A stretch of 64,000 nucleotides of DNA from Octopus sinensis (taxonomy: Eukaryota), in assembly GCF_006345805.1 (NCBI RefSeq), contig NC_043014.1:21576001-21640000 (forward strand). Direction: 5' to 3'. Shown here in pieces: positions 38,455 through 52,639 of this stretch (the stretch's first letter is position 1; each line of letters opens with the position of its first letter). The notes beneath the pieces were generated by a model, which did not search any database, was not told where the DNA came from, and saw only the letters and a list, made by a program, of their open reading frames with translations. A program made the translations under genes and the position numbers.

Positions 38455-38608
38455 TTTATTTTCACACACAAGGAATACCTATGACTAGAATTGGTAGCAT
38501 ACCATAAAAATACTACTGGCTAAGGGTGAATGAGCTCTATTTGTACTCTTATACATTCTTAACAGAACACACCTCAACAGACTATATATATATATGTATA
38601 TATATATA

Positions 38609-38721
38609 AAGAAAAGGGAGGTACTCAGGATAAAAACTTTTTTTTTCAGCACTTTCATCTCTTTGTGGGATTCATCATGAATCCTTCAAAGGGATGAAAG
38701 CACTAAATAAACTCCTTTTTC
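38609..38721. repeat. short palindrome of two minimal hammerhead-like halves
   Basis: Core arms 38648-38675 and 38677-38704; + reads ATGA-ATCC-ttcaaag-GGAT-GAAA-GCAC-TA. Confidence 0.55.
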
Positions 38722-39051
38722 TCAATATATAAATCTGTACATACCCTAAAACCAAGGTGCCATGTAAAAAGCATTGATGTGGGTGCTAGTGCCATGTAAA
38801 AAGCACTCAGTTCACCTTATAAAGTGGTTGGCATTAGAAAGGGTATCTAGTTGTAGAAACCAAGCCAAAACAGATTATGGGACCAAGTGTGGCCCCTGAC
38901 CAATTCCTATCAAGCTGTCCAACCAATGTTAGCATGGAAAATGGGCGTTAAATGTTGTTGATGATGACGATGACTTCAGTCTATACACGTGCGTGTACAT
39001 GTGTATAGATTTGGTAGAATCCATCCATTGGAACCTGAAGGAAGCCCATAG

Positions 39052-39083
<32 letters not shown>

Positions 39084-39872
39084 TTACTGGCATGTGAACA
39101 AAACATTTGAGCGAGGTCGTTGCCAGTGCCGCTGGGCCGACTCCTTTGCAGGTGGCACGTAAAAAAACACCATTTCGAGCATGGCCCTCATGCCGGTGGC
39201 ACGTAAAAGCACCCACTACACTCTCGGAGTGGTTGGCATTAGGAAGGGCATCCAGCTGTAGAAACTCTGCCAGATCAGATTGAAGCCTGGCGCAGCCATC
39301 TGGTTCGCCAGTCCTCAGTCAAATCGTCCAACCCATGCTAGCATGGAAAGCGGACGTTAAATGATGATGATATATATAAAGCTAATAAGTAACAAGGATG
39401 TCCAGGTATCCTTGTTATTTGCTTTTTATTCACCTAACTTCGAGCTGTGCAGACTATACTGAACTGGCTTGGTCCCCCAATTTAAGTACCTAATTCAACT
39501 GAGTCACGCATTGAGTCGAACCAGGGGCAGCTCACGAAGGGGAATTTTCCTTGTATTGTTTGTCTCGTACTCTCTGTTTTTTCATTGTTAAAAAAAGTCT
39601 GTTTCCTTGTTTGATTTTATGTTTTCGTTTCTCGTTGTGTTCTACGTTTATTTGTGGTGTCCTGTACTCATATATGCATGTATATATACATATAGATGTA
39701 AGTATGTACATATATGTATGTATATATGCATATGTTTTATTTATTATATTATTATATGACCGAACGCACGCGTTGTTTTCTCTTCTCCAAGTAAGTTTTT
39801 ATTTATTTATATATATATATATATACTTTTGTTTAGTTTGGACTAACATATGTTGTGATCCATTAATAAAGT

Positions 39873-40282
39873 AGAATTCTACTATATGGCTCAGAAACCT
39901 GGACGCTATCAAAGAAGCTTGAGAGGCGGTTGGATGGAACCTACACTCGCCTCCTTATGAGAGCTCAAAATCTCTCGTGGAAGCGCCATCCAACCAAAAT
40001 GCAAATATATGGGAAACTACCACCTGTGTCATCTCTTGTGAAAGGTAAGAGAGTCCAGTTTGCTGGACATTGTTGTAGAGCTGAAAACGAGGTAATTTCT
40101 CCTCTTCTCCTCTGGAAGCCATCTACTCGCGATACCAGAGGGCGGACACTCTCCTACCCAGATGTAATCTCCAGGGATACAGGCATCCAGCAACAGGACC
40201 TCCGTAATGCCATGATGGACCGTGAAGTCTGGCGTAGCATGGTAAATTCCATTGTCTCGACCACGGTTGAACAATGATGATG
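39873..40282 (+). mobile_element. 5'-truncated RTE-clade LINE of a second family, with TSD
   Basis: LLYGSETWTLSKKLERRLDGTYTRLL...DREVWRSMV; (TGA)n tail; 11-bp TSD ATTAATAAAGT at 39862-39872 and 40283-40293. Confidence 0.85.
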
Positions 40283-40691
40283 ATTAATAAAGTCTATGAA
40301 TTTCCATCTGCAAGTTGGCAGAATTGTTAGCACACAAGGCAAAATGGTTAGTGGCATTTTGTCCATCTATACATTCTGAGTTCAAATTCTGCTGAGGTCC
40401 ACTTTATCTTTCATCCTTTTGAGGTCAATAAAATAAGTCCCAGTCAAGCACTGGGGTCAATGAAATCAACTTACCTCTCCCCCGAAATTGCTGGCCTTGT
40501 GCCAAAATTTGAAACCATTATTATTATTATTATGAAGGCAGGGAGCTGGCAGAATCGTTAACATGCCAAGGTCGACTTTACCTTTCATCCTTTCGGAGTC
40601 GATAAATTAAGTATCAGTGAAACACTGGGGTTGATGTAATCGACTATTCCCCTCCCACAAAATTTCAGTCCTTGTGCCTATAGTAGAAAGG

Positions 40692-40726
<35 letters not shown>

Positions 40727-42279
40727 GTGTGTGTGTCACCAGCGCTTGTTTATGTCCCTGTAATATAGCGGTTCGGCAAAACTGACCGATAGAATAAATA
40801 CTAGGCTTTAAAAAAATAAATACTGAATCGATTCCTTCGACCAACAATAATTAAATGCGGTGCCCCAGTATGACCGCAGTCTAATGACTGAAACAATCGA
40901 AAGATGAAATATAAAGAAGATATGATTTCTTTTTATAACAATTGATTTGGCCTTTAAATTTCGGCATTTGCCTACAACTTGACACCCCTGCGTTATGACA
41001 ATAGACTCAGCCTTAGACTTCTATCAGTTGCTAACGAAGTTCCTTAGCGAGCCATGCCAGGGAGCCTGCAAGTTATAAAGAATTAGGAATGGAGAATACA
41101 AATGAGGAAGAACATTTACACTACACCCTTAGCTCCCATGATTAGAGGAGAAATCGATTGCGATGTTTCCCTGCCCAGTGCCCGGCATCTTCGGCTTCAC
41201 CAGATTACAATAGTTTAACTACCCTAATACCCCATTCTTAAACAATAGACTCACTATTAGAATTGCATAATTCCGTTAACTACTCTAACACTTCCTACTT
41301 TCTCTAAAACAATTGACTTTGTTATAACACAGTCACACCACCACTACTACTACAGCTAGTCATATCACCAACAAAACGTAGGATTCTTTTCGTAGACTCT
41401 TGACTTGCTAGAAATAGCAGCTAAATGCCATTCATCTCACGCTCTACCGTATTAAAAAAAGAAGTCACATTGTAATGTAGTAACAGATGCACTAAGTCTG
41501 AACTAATGACAGAACAGTCACGGCTGGAACATCTTTGATTACAGCTCCGCTCTGTCAAGCTGACTCGGAGTTAAAGAACATCATTACCATTTCGTGCCAA
41601 CAAAGAAACCTTTATGTTGTCACTCGACTTGCTAGAAATGGCAGCCAGATCTGTCTCGAATTATATCCCGAAATCTTAAAAAAACAAAAAACAAAACCCC
41701 AGAGACGTGTGTGTATTGAGAATAATGTAATTTTAGATATGTTATAACTTAAAAGGTGCGACTGTCACGGTTGGAACGCATTTTATCCTTTGTTCAATCA
41801 GTATTGATCTGACGTGAACAACAGCAATGACAACTACAATATTGCCACTACCACAACTTTAGCTTTGTACTACTTCATACAACAACACTATACCACTGCA
41901 TCATAGCTCTACGATTCACTTGTCAGCCCCCACCAATATTTCCTAACACAATAGACTCCATAACAACGACAACTGCAACGATCAAACAACTGCCCCGTTA
42001 TCACTACTAACAACAAATATCGGTCAAATCTCCCTTAATTTACACACTGTTTTCTTTGAAAATAAGAAAGAACACATTGGATAACGAAATCCGCTGTCTG
42101 AAAAAGAAAGAAAAAGTGAAATGATCACGATTGGAATGCTTTCGATCATAAGCCTACTCGATCGGGTTTCGTCTTGTGTTAAACAATAGCAATAACAAAA
42201 CGTCAGTATATTTAAAGTTCTTTGTTTACTCTGTTATTCGCCACTAGTTTTACTAAATATAAAGGACTACCAAAATAAT

Positions 42280-43085
42280 TCAATAGTTGTGAAAGTTCTG
42301 TCGTTATCCTGTCATCCCCCATCAAATTCTCTAAACACAGCAGACTATACCATAACGACAGTTATGGGGGAAGTTTCTTATGTTTAGATTCGAAAATGTT
42401 TTAATAATCCTGTCATCCCCATTAACATCTATAAACGTAACGGACTCTGCCAAACCACTACTACAACATAGTTGCAAAAGTTCTATAATAATCTGTCACC
42501 CCTCCATCAAGTTCTCTAAACGTTATGGACTCTGCCCGTAACACAAAGATAATATAGTTGCGAAAGTTCTATAGTAATAGTAATAGTCATTCTTCATCTA
42601 TTTTTCTAAACGTTGTAGGCTCCACCAACACTACACTATGAGACAACATAGTTGCGAAAAGTCTATAATTATCCCGTCACCCCACCTCGATTTCTCTAAA
42701 TGTAATGGACTCTGCCAGTACCACTATGATAATATAGTTGCGAAAGTTCTATAATAATCCTGTCACTCCCCATCAATTTCTTCGAACGTCATTGACTTCA
42801 TCAACACCACTGTGATAGCATAGTTGGAAAAGTTCTATAGGTAGTATCTGGTAATTCCCACTTAAATTTTCCAGAGTAGACTCCACCCCTACGACAATAG
42901 TTACCAAAGTTCTATAAATATTCTGTCATCCCACATCAATTTCTCTAAACACATTAGAATTCACCATCACCACTACTATAACAGTGTATCGTAACAAAAG
43001 TTTTCCAACTATCCAATCTAGCTACCCCCCCCCCACACACACATACACACATCAAGTTCTCTTAACACAATAGACTCCACCGCCA
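42280..43085 (+). repeat. diverged ~85-bp minisatellite (about 9-10 units)
   Basis: ATAGTTGCGAAAGTTCTATA-like block at about 42283, 42358, 42468, 42552, 42648, 42733, 42819, 42897, 42988, each followed by ATCCTGTCA..CATCAA.TTCTCTAAAC..GGACTC. Confidence 0.85.
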
Positions 43086-43412
43086 TCCATCGTCCCGGCT
43101 CCTCCACAACCTTCACAACAGCAAAGTCTCAACAAGTTCTTGCTAAAACAGGAAGCAACGAAGTGGCGGTGCTGAGAGGGTTGTTCTGTAGGAGGTTCAT
43201 CAGCTGCCCTCATTGTTCTCACTCTTTCTTCCTTTCTCTCTCTATGTGACTAATAGAAAATAACTGTATAAAACATATACTGACTAAATGTGTGTGTGTG
43301 TGTATACACATATATATGTGTATTCTTTGTAATTCTACTTCGAGAGTTGGTACAGCACCATAGTTTTGCTTTACACAGAAACACACCACAGACCTGTATA
43401 TTATATATCAAA

Positions 43413-43452
<40 letters not shown>

Positions 43453-43662
43453 TTTCTATATAATATCACATCATCTATGTACGAATTATCATATATTATA
43501 CATTTTTTAAAATTACATATATATATATAACCATACTTCAATAGTTTCTACAGTAGCATTATTTGTTACCCACAGACACAGGATTGTGTGTGTGTGTGTC
43601 TGTGTCTGTTGGAATGGAAGCAAGACATCTAGTCTTACCAAAATGGATGTACAGCTAAAAGG

Positions 43663-43709
43663 ATGTCTAATATAAAAGTTGCTGTCAGAGTCAGGCCTCT
43701 CACCAAACG
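43663..43709 (+). CDS. STARD9: kinesin-3 (KIF16 subfamily, STARD9/KIF16A-like) coding exon 1
   Basis: MSNIKVAVRVRPLTK(R), the kinesin motor N-terminal VAVRVRP motif; 47-nt coding exon followed by a perfect GTAAGT donor. The symbol rests on remembered similarity to MANVQVAVRVRPLSKRE; KIF16B is the alternative. Confidence 0.85.
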
Positions 43710-44811
43710 GTAAGTTTTTCTCATACATATATATATACACACATCCTCTGTTTTTGTGATATCCATTATTATTATTATTATGTAATAATAGCATCTGGTT
43801 CTATACACATACACGCGCGCATGTTAGTAACGAACTGGAAGAATGAGTCCTCAGCTGCGGGAGACGGACATACGATTCTTTTTAACGTAAATTCTGTTTT
43901 GTGTTTGTGCGTGCGTATGATCGAAACTTGGTTTTGTCAATTCGGCATAACATTTGGAAGATTTTAGAACTTTCGGCTTCCATTGAGATATAGCGCGCAC
44001 ACATATACACGTGCGTGTGTGTGTGTGTGTGTATTTGTGTGTGTGTGTGTGTGTATTTATATACATATACAGGCATACCTCAATTTACGTCTTTTGGCAG
44101 TACATCTGTTTCGACTTTACGTCGGTCCTGGCGAACATATTTAAAAGAATAAAACCAATACTGAAATGGGAAAAATCCAATAAAGTACATGTACAAACCA
44201 TTTATTAAAATAGATGTCAACTAATATATTTTTTTAAAAACATGCTTTTCGTGTTATGTCGTTTTTCGAGTTAAGTCGCTTTTATTGGAACCAATTATCG
44301 ATTTAAGTTGAAGTATGCCTGTATTTAGTTTTGTCTTATTGAAACTGAAAGTTTCACTAAAAAAACCATATCCTTTACATGTGTGTGTGTGAATGTAAAG
44401 AGAGCGTTTATGCCTGATCAGGATCCTGATTTGTGTATGTAGGGTTTTGTGAGTTGTGTGCTGGTTTATTCAACGGTAAACTTCTCCGGTAACTTTATCT
44501 ACATATATGGTTGTGTGTGTGTGTATATCATTTCGAGATGTCGAATGTATGTGTTTATAGAGATTATTGCGCACACGCTTTATTTAACGTTATTAATATA
44601 TGTATAAAATGTGTGTGTATAGATGTGTATAACTACTATAAGGTATATAAATAGATGTATGTATGGATTTGTGTATATCTACTGTAAGATACACACATGA
44701 TGGCAGACGTGTGTTTCTGGGGCAGCATGCTGCAGACTCCCATGAATATTTTTTCATGCGCACGTATGTAATTATATCTATCTAGATACATACACACTCA
44801 CACATATACAT

Positions 44812-44842
<31 letters not shown>

Positions 44843-45043
44843 ATGGATTACGGAGTTTAAATGGTAATGCAGTAACTTTTATGTGTTGTAAAATTAAATC
44901 TCTCCGACCAACATCTCCAGATCGAAAGTCAAACAAGTCAAGACTGGCACCACGGTTACTACCATTACATGTGATACAAACTCCTGCAAATCTATGTATA
45001 GGCTTGTGTGTGTATAAACACACAAACGCGCGCGCAATCTGTG

Positions 45044-45119
<76 letters not shown>

Positions 45120-45474
45120 CTATGCAAGTATGTATATATTTATGTATATGTGTGTGCGTCATCTGTCTTGTGTGTATATATATATGTGTGTGTGTACATA
45201 TATATATATTATATGCACATATCTTTATTTATACATCTATATTTACACAGATAAACCCATGTATGTGTATATACTTATGTATATATGTATGCAAAAAGGT
45301 ATGCATACATATATACGCATGTGTACACATACAGCTGTGTATGTAAACACGTATACCTTCCCTTACACATAAGATACAGATATTTATTGTAATGATAGAT
45401 ATTTTAAAGTTGTTTATTGTTAACTGTAGAATTGTATACCTAGTGCCATGTGTGCTTTACCATTTAGTATATAC

Positions 45475-46600
45475 ACATACAGTGGATAAAATGATTCTGT
45501 TAGTTTGCGAACTTTTCGAATGTGAAACACGTCTGACTCCTTGAAAAAATTGCGAATTACAGCAACGTTAACATTTCAGAAGCGTTTTGTAATCAAGTAT
45601 GTCTTTAGTAAGGACCAGCACTCCCTCTCCACATGTTAAAGCATGATTCTAAAGAGGCCTTTGAGAAATTCATTACCCAATTTGAAAAGGTTGTTTAGAT
45701 ATGAAGCAAGATGAGAGCGATAAATGGATTAATTTTTTTTAAAGCTTGCAGAGATGAAACAGCCAATTAGCTTTTATGAAACTGGTTGGTCTTAAATTGC
45801 ATGAGGCGGCTGAAGATGGTTTTACATTGTAACAGAAAAGGTCATTGCATTAACTATATCCATCGAAACATCAGCCTGGAAAATAATTAGGGCTTCCAGA
45901 AGAAATTCTGTAGATTGGTGCAAGGGAACAAGCATGTTTTCAGGTTCTGACAGTGGGGAATTCTCAAAATTGAAAAGGACTGTTTTTCTTTACTTTTTTT
46001 TCTTTTTTCGATAATTATAGTAAAGGGAGTGCCTTATCATATATTTGCATGTCCATCTCTAAGCCCCAAACAATTTATTAATGACTTTGTCAGTCCTCTA
46101 AGACAAATCTCAAAATATTGAGATATAGGTTGGTTATTAGAGGATGTTTTTTGCTAAGGAATAAATAAAGATGGTCAAAAAGGTATTTGGTATAATTTTG
46201 CTTTTTATTATGAAGTTACAAAAAAAATTACATTGCAGGGATGCTCTTTTTACAGTTCATGAATAATGTTATGGATAACGTTGTTATGAATGTCCATAAT
46301 TGTTATGTTGAAATCAACTTCAATGCAAGATGAAACCTGTCTTTGGTATGAACCAAAAACTTTTCACGACAGTGAAGAATGCCTTGTTGCTGTTAAACAA
46401 TCTCTCAATTGGAAGACGGTAAGACATTGCTCCACCGTGGGAAAAGTTCTGTAGTAGTGTTAGTTTAAATTTGGCTATAGTGGATCGAATCCACTTCATG
46501 CCTGCAAGATTCGCTACAGGTCTATCAATAACCAATAGTGTCTGTAATATGATACTATGAAGTATCATACTTTTGCAGAAATTAAAAACAGCTCAACATG
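45475..46600 (+). mobile_element. possible pogo/Tigger transposon relic
   Basis: TA-CAGTGG start and a degenerate ...DETCLWYEPK-like motif near 46320-46350; highly decayed. Confidence 0.35.
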
Positions 46601-46899
46601 GGCTCTTCATTTCTTAGAAGAAAAACAGTTTTACTGTATCAAAATATTGTGAACAGTTTTTAAAATCTCTTTGTGATGTCACTAAAACAAGCAGGAATGT
46701 GCTGAAATAGGTTTGAGTTTGAATTAATTTGTGTGTGTGTGTATGTAAAACCACTTCTTAAACCTATTTCACTCTGAGACATTTCATGTTTGTTTTCCCT
46801 GTTGCTGACGACATCTCCTATTGCTCCTAAGGCTTGCAAGGGACCTTCAAATCATTCCACACTAATCACAATTCAGCAACAACTTGGCCATCTGAATAT

Positions 46900-47630
46900 T
46901 AGGACCAACAATGCCAAGTGAGTCCGCTGACCAACCCACATCCTCTGCTACACAAGGTACTCGAGATCATGCTGAATATCACATTAGTAGATGGAAGCAC
47001 CTTTATAACCACACTTTTAGCTGAGTAGACCTACCTTTGAGAAGCAGACACAACTATACTAGTCACATGTAAAAGACTCTTTCATACCCTTCTCAAGGAG
47101 AAGGTTCACATCCTCCATATATTTACCAGTATGTTTGAATTCAGTGTATACAACCCTCCTCTTCTCATATTCTTTAACAATGGTAACACTGAAATTCATC
47201 TTCAGTTTCCGATCTGTCGCAAGATCTTCCAAGGTATTAGTGTCAACATTGATCTTTTTGCGTCTTTAAGATTGTCAGTAAAACGCTTATGTGGCTTGCA
47301 TTGGGGCTGTTTCCATGCTCCTGGTCACCATATAATACCTGTTTTGGCATGCAGGTGTCCTATGAACAGACAGGCTGACCAGATCACCTAAGTTTCATAA
47401 TTATGGACTTGATACTTATTACTTTTGCTCACTTGTGTATTATGCAAGCTTTGCTGATGGAATTGCTCAAGATGTTGGATATACCCGTGGCAGGTTGTCC
47501 CGGTCTCACATCCATACAACAGTGCATGTTGGAACACATGTTTGATAGATCTTAACTTTTTTTACTGCTTTGATCTCAGATTGTAACCAGAGCCTTAATT
47601 CAAGCTTTCCAAATGCATCACAGGCCTTAG
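46900..47630 (-). mobile_element. BovB-like RTE 3' fragment
   Basis: [25 protein letters not shown] and LEDLATDR on the reverse strand. Confidence 0.7.
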
Positions 47631-49761
47631 GAAGTTTATAACTGGCCTCCTTATCAAGAGTATTAAATGTAATGTACTACCAAGATAGATATACCCATGA
47701 TTTTTAACTTTTTCTTACATACTTTATACACCTTGGCAAAAATGAGTAGTACTTGTATTTCAAAGGACCAGTCTTGTCACATTCTGTGTCATACTGAATC
47801 TCCCCGAGAATTACATTAAAGGATTTGAGCGAGGTCGTTGCCAGTGCCACTGGACTGGCTCCTGTGCAGGTGGCATGTAAAAAACACCATTTGAGCATGG
47901 CCACTGCCAGTGCCCACTACACTCTCGGAGTGGTTGGTATTAAGAAGGGCATCCAGCTGTAGAAACTGTTCTAGATCAAGACTGGAGCCTGGTGCAGCCA
48001 TCTGGTTTGCCAGTCCTCAGACAAACCATCCAACCCATGCTAGCATGGAAAGCGGACGTTAAATGATGATGATGAATGCATGTCTATGGAGTGCTCATCC
48101 ATTTACACTTTAATTTCATGAGCAGGCTGTTCCATTTTTCAGATCAGCTGGAACCCTCGTTATTGCAACTGATGAAGTGCTGGTTTTTGTTGTTTTTTTA
48201 TGCAATCATTTACTTGTGTTATCATTATCATCACCTAACATTCATTTTCCCTGCCGGCATGCACACATACACATGCATATACACACATATACATATATAC
48301 ATATACATATACACTCACATAATCTTGTGAGATTGGTGCTTAAACTGTTGCAAGCTGACAACTGCAAGAACATGTACAATTTGTGAAAAAGTACTGGTTG
48401 TAGCCATCAATGCAGGGCCTGAGCAGAGGGACATAATATAAGTTTTGAGTGAGTTGAAAGTGCCTGTGTTGATGTGGTGCTTGACCTTCCAACTTTGGAG
48501 TCCAGAGTCTATTTTAATAGCCTTGCTTCTATTGATGAACTTCATTGTTCAAAGAAAACTATGAAACCACCTGAACAGCTTTAGGACTTGATTATTCTGT
48601 TAGATTGTGTAAAATCTAATTCCAAATAGTTTATACTACTGCTGTTAACTTTAGTTAATTTTACAGTCTCATAGTTTATTGTTTGTTGTTTTTCATAATA
48701 GATGTATCATGTGATAAGTGCTTTCTCTCACTTAAAGCGAGACACGATGACCTTCCCTGCCAATGAATAGTAATCCGGCTCTCTGCTTTCAAAGACGGAA
48801 TTAAAAAATCTTTTACTTGAAATTAGTGAATGCCTTAATATTTATTCATCTAATTCATACTAGCAGGAGGAAATGGATGTAAAACAAATGTATAAATTGT
48901 TTGTGTGTATGCTCTCCTGTCTCTTGTCATACCTTCATCCACTTCAACACACCCAGCATCATGTCATGTTACACTTCATCTTTCACATCCTATTTAACAT
49001 CACAACTCACATCCTGGGAGTTTGGCTAAGTTTATTAACTTCCTTAATTTTTAGATCATCCCAGCTTTAGAATAGTTTAATGTGACTATAATAATTGACT
49101 ATAATAATACATCACTGCTGCTGACTTTTATGCAACAGTTAAAATTACTATACAAGTTATACCATAGCTAAAATTTGAAAATGTTTTCCCAGAAAAAAAC
49201 TTGATTAGAGATGCTTATTCTAAGGGATGGTTTGAAATCAGTACCAAAATATAAGATGTGATGTACACTTCTCATGAAAAATGCAATGGTTTCTTTCCAC
49301 CATGCAGCCCATTTTGTTTCACCCACTTTCACTTTTATGTGGCTGTTTTATGTAACTAAATCAAAAGACCAAATGTACACAATTCTTTTCCTAACAATAT
49401 TTCCTTGTTTCTTTTGCTTGTTAGTCTGCATAACTTTAATTCAAATATCTGATTAGTCTTTTACAAAGTAATTTTTCTATACTATTAGAACACATATATG
49501 ATGGAAAGGAGGAAGATGAGTAGAAACAAGTAGAATGATATTATAGCTCATGATATTTAACTTAGCCACAAGGTGATACAGTTTTGGGGCAAGGAATGTA
49601 GTTTATTTAACCAATCCAATACACGACTACTCCTAATTCATAGAACATAGAAGGATGTTGGCAGTCAAAAATGGAAGTATACAATACTTTTATTATTGTA
49701 AACTTTTTGTTTATTTTAAATTTCATTATTTGTTTTAGATCAATAAATTAAAAGTTTGTCA

Positions 49762-50550
49762 TCTATATATATAAAACAGAAACTGTGTGTGTGTGCAAGA
49801 TCGAAGGTTTATAACTCGAGTTCCCCCTAACCAATTCCAGTGAAATTTCAGACATGCATTTGGTATGTTTTAGTCATAACAACTGCTTCGATCAATGTTC
49901 GGTTTTCGCAAAAACTCGATCATTAATTATCGATTTTTTTTCAAACAGTTGTCTGATTTTGATCAAACTTGACGTACCTATGCATTCTTACCCAAGGTTT
50001 TTCGTTTCATTATTATTTTTTTCAAATTCCGGTTTGTTTGAGTACAGCATGGGAAAAGCCAACTCAAAAAATGCCTTTAAGGCAGGCCATAGCGCTGGAA
50101 CCAATGAGCCGATTTAAACCAAACTCAGTAAACGAATGCATTTTCACTCAACAAGTCTTATGCCATGGTATATTTCATTAAATTGCACTTTGTTTGAGCA
50201 CAATTCGATAAACTCACATTCGAACAAAATGCCTTTGTTGTGGTAACTCCTGATTTGTTTTTCTCAGAACACTGACCCCATTCCTTCTCTGATGCATAAA
50301 CAATTAATCTCTACCATGGTGTGCACATACATTGTGACCCCACGTGACCTCAAAATAGCCACTGCCAAGAACAGTAAACATCCGGCACTGAGGCTTTCCA
50401 TTGCAATAAATGAAAGCCATTTCTATGTGTAGCATGAGATAGTTAAAGCAATAACAGCCTCTGCACTGCACAAGCTACTGGTAAGTACTTAATACTTCTT
50501 TCATCCATTTCACTATTAGTAGTAACCGGCATTGCACGGGTCTTAATAGA
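49762..50550 (+). mobile_element. non-autonomous Helitron-like element
   Basis: A|TCTATATATATAAAA 5' end and subterminal hairpin CCGGCATTGCACGGG; terminal CTAG not clear. Confidence 0.45.
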
Positions 50551-51989
50551 TTACCATGAAACTGCGGAAACATGAGGCCTTACACTTGAGAAAAGACAGT
50601 TTGGGGCGTGACATTGTTAAAGCAATAACCTTGGTAACCTCTTGAATCAAATCAATACCAGAGCTACCTTTCGAAAAGTTATATTTTTGCGCTGTTTACG
50701 GTTTCCGTGTACAAGTGCTTTTGGGTGAAGCCGGGCCAAACCACTGAACCACCAGACCAATTCAATTGAAATTTCAGATATGCATTAGATATGCTTGAAG
50801 AGTCTGTGTTGCTGTTTTCCCCTATGTTCTAATCATATGTCCATAGCAATGGAACTGTGACCACTCAATGTAGAAAAGTAGTAGCCTGACTGAAGAGGCT
50901 CCCTGTTCTCTGAGTGACATAACTTGTTAAGTAGCCTTACTCCAGTGATCTTTCAGAGGAACCCTGTTTTAGCTGTTTGTATTGGAATACAGAGAGAACT
51001 AAAAACCTTTGATCTATCATCCACAAAAATACAAGGCACTCTTGGAATCCTTTATCTTTCAGTTATTACACACGTGCATACACACACACACACACACACA
51101 CACACAAGTATATGTTTGTGTTTATATTACAAAACCATACAAGTAACATCATTCCCTGGTTTCACACATACCTGAAGGAAGGATGGCAAGCTTCTTAATT
51201 CATTACAATGTGTCTCTGTTTTAACTTACGGTCACCTCTCTATTTTCCCTTTATAAGCCTTTCCATAAATGCATGTTAGAGATGCTGTTCTTCCCCTGTA
51301 TGACGGGCTGCCAATCATATAGGTTCCTGTCATCTCAAGTACAAAACAAGGGTAAAACCGAATTCTACTGTTTTTACTCTACTTCAAAGGATGGTCAGCA
51401 AAAAATTCAGAGAATCTGTGATACATACAACATTGGAATTATATCCAAAAGTAACACCATGTTTCAGATTTCTCAACAAATTTAAAATTACCAAACACAT
51501 ATGAAATGCATCTAAACCATCTTGTAAAGAAGAAACTGAGAAGTCTCTAAAAGTTAAAATAGAGGAAAACTGAAAACCCCAGAAAGAGGAGAGACTTAAG
51601 TCAGGAATGATTAAATAAATATAGTTGAAATAAAATAATGGAATGAAACTTCCATAATTGATAGAGAACCGCAGTAGACACTCAGAATAATCAAAGAAAC
51701 AGTAGAAGTTACAGAAACACTTATTAGTAATGTGAGCACTGAAATGATTTCAGTATAGCTGACTTGACTGGAAAATGAATTGAAGAGAGCCTATAAATCA
51801 AGCATTGATTATACATGAACTAGAAATCTTGTGGAGAGGAATTACTATGCTTGGTGTGGAAATAAAGGTGTTTAGTTTGCAGATATCCAGGAATAAGAGA
51901 TGTTAATGTGAAAAAATATAACCTTTTAAATATGTATGAGTATGTAGTGAGGATTAAAGGATAAAGACACCCCCCCCTGTCATTAATGA

Positions 51990-52280
51990 CCATGAGATTG
52001 CACCTAGAAAGTTCCCATCCTAGGCATAAGTCCAAGCAAGATTGTTTATGGAAGACCAGCAGCTGCCCATCTCCACACTACTGATGTTATCCAAGGGAAA
52101 GGCAAAGGCTGATACAGCTTGGCACCAGTGATGTTGTAACTCATTTTTGCAGCTGAGTGAACTGGAGCTACATGAAATAAAGTGTCTTGCTCAAGAACCC
52201 AACACACAGCCCAGTCCAGGAATCAAACTCACTACCTCATGATTATGAACCTGGTGCTCTAACCAGTGAGCCATGCAAAG
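51990..52280 (-). mobile_element. tRNA-head SINE of a third family (GTGTCTTGCTCAAG core)
   Basis: Related copies at ~29450-29830 and ~59060-59310. Confidence 0.6.
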
Positions 52281-52639
52281 GAGTTTAAGGAAGAGAGCTA
52301 AAAGACCTTTTAAAAATTAATTACTATAGAGAAAAGAAACATCATTAACTTCAATAGTAATTCTTACGAAGAAAGACTAAGAGGGTAATATTTGAAATCC
52401 AAATTAAAAACTGGATAGGAGTATTAGCAGAAGTGAGTTCTTTGAGAAATATCATAACAGTTCCAGATGAATTTTATCCTTATTACATCTTCTCAGCAGA
52501 ACATAGTCTAACCAATACTTAATAGATCCAAAGTAACTGAATGAATAAAGGCTTTGAGTTGAAAACATTCACAGATTTAGAAGATTAAAATAGTAAATTA
52601 TATATCAATAAGATTTTCTGTGTGTGTGTGTTCTAACTG

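Noticed and set aside
42280-43085. CRISPR-like appearance (conserved 20-bp block with variable intervening DNA)
   Set aside because: The intervening segments are homologous to each other, the context is eukaryotic, and there are no cas genes; it is a minisatellite.
45805-45880. Hammerhead-like GGCTGAAGATGG...CCATCGAAACATCAGCC
   Set aside because: The stem would consume the G8/A9 core bases and stem I does not pair in register; kept only as a degenerate possibility.
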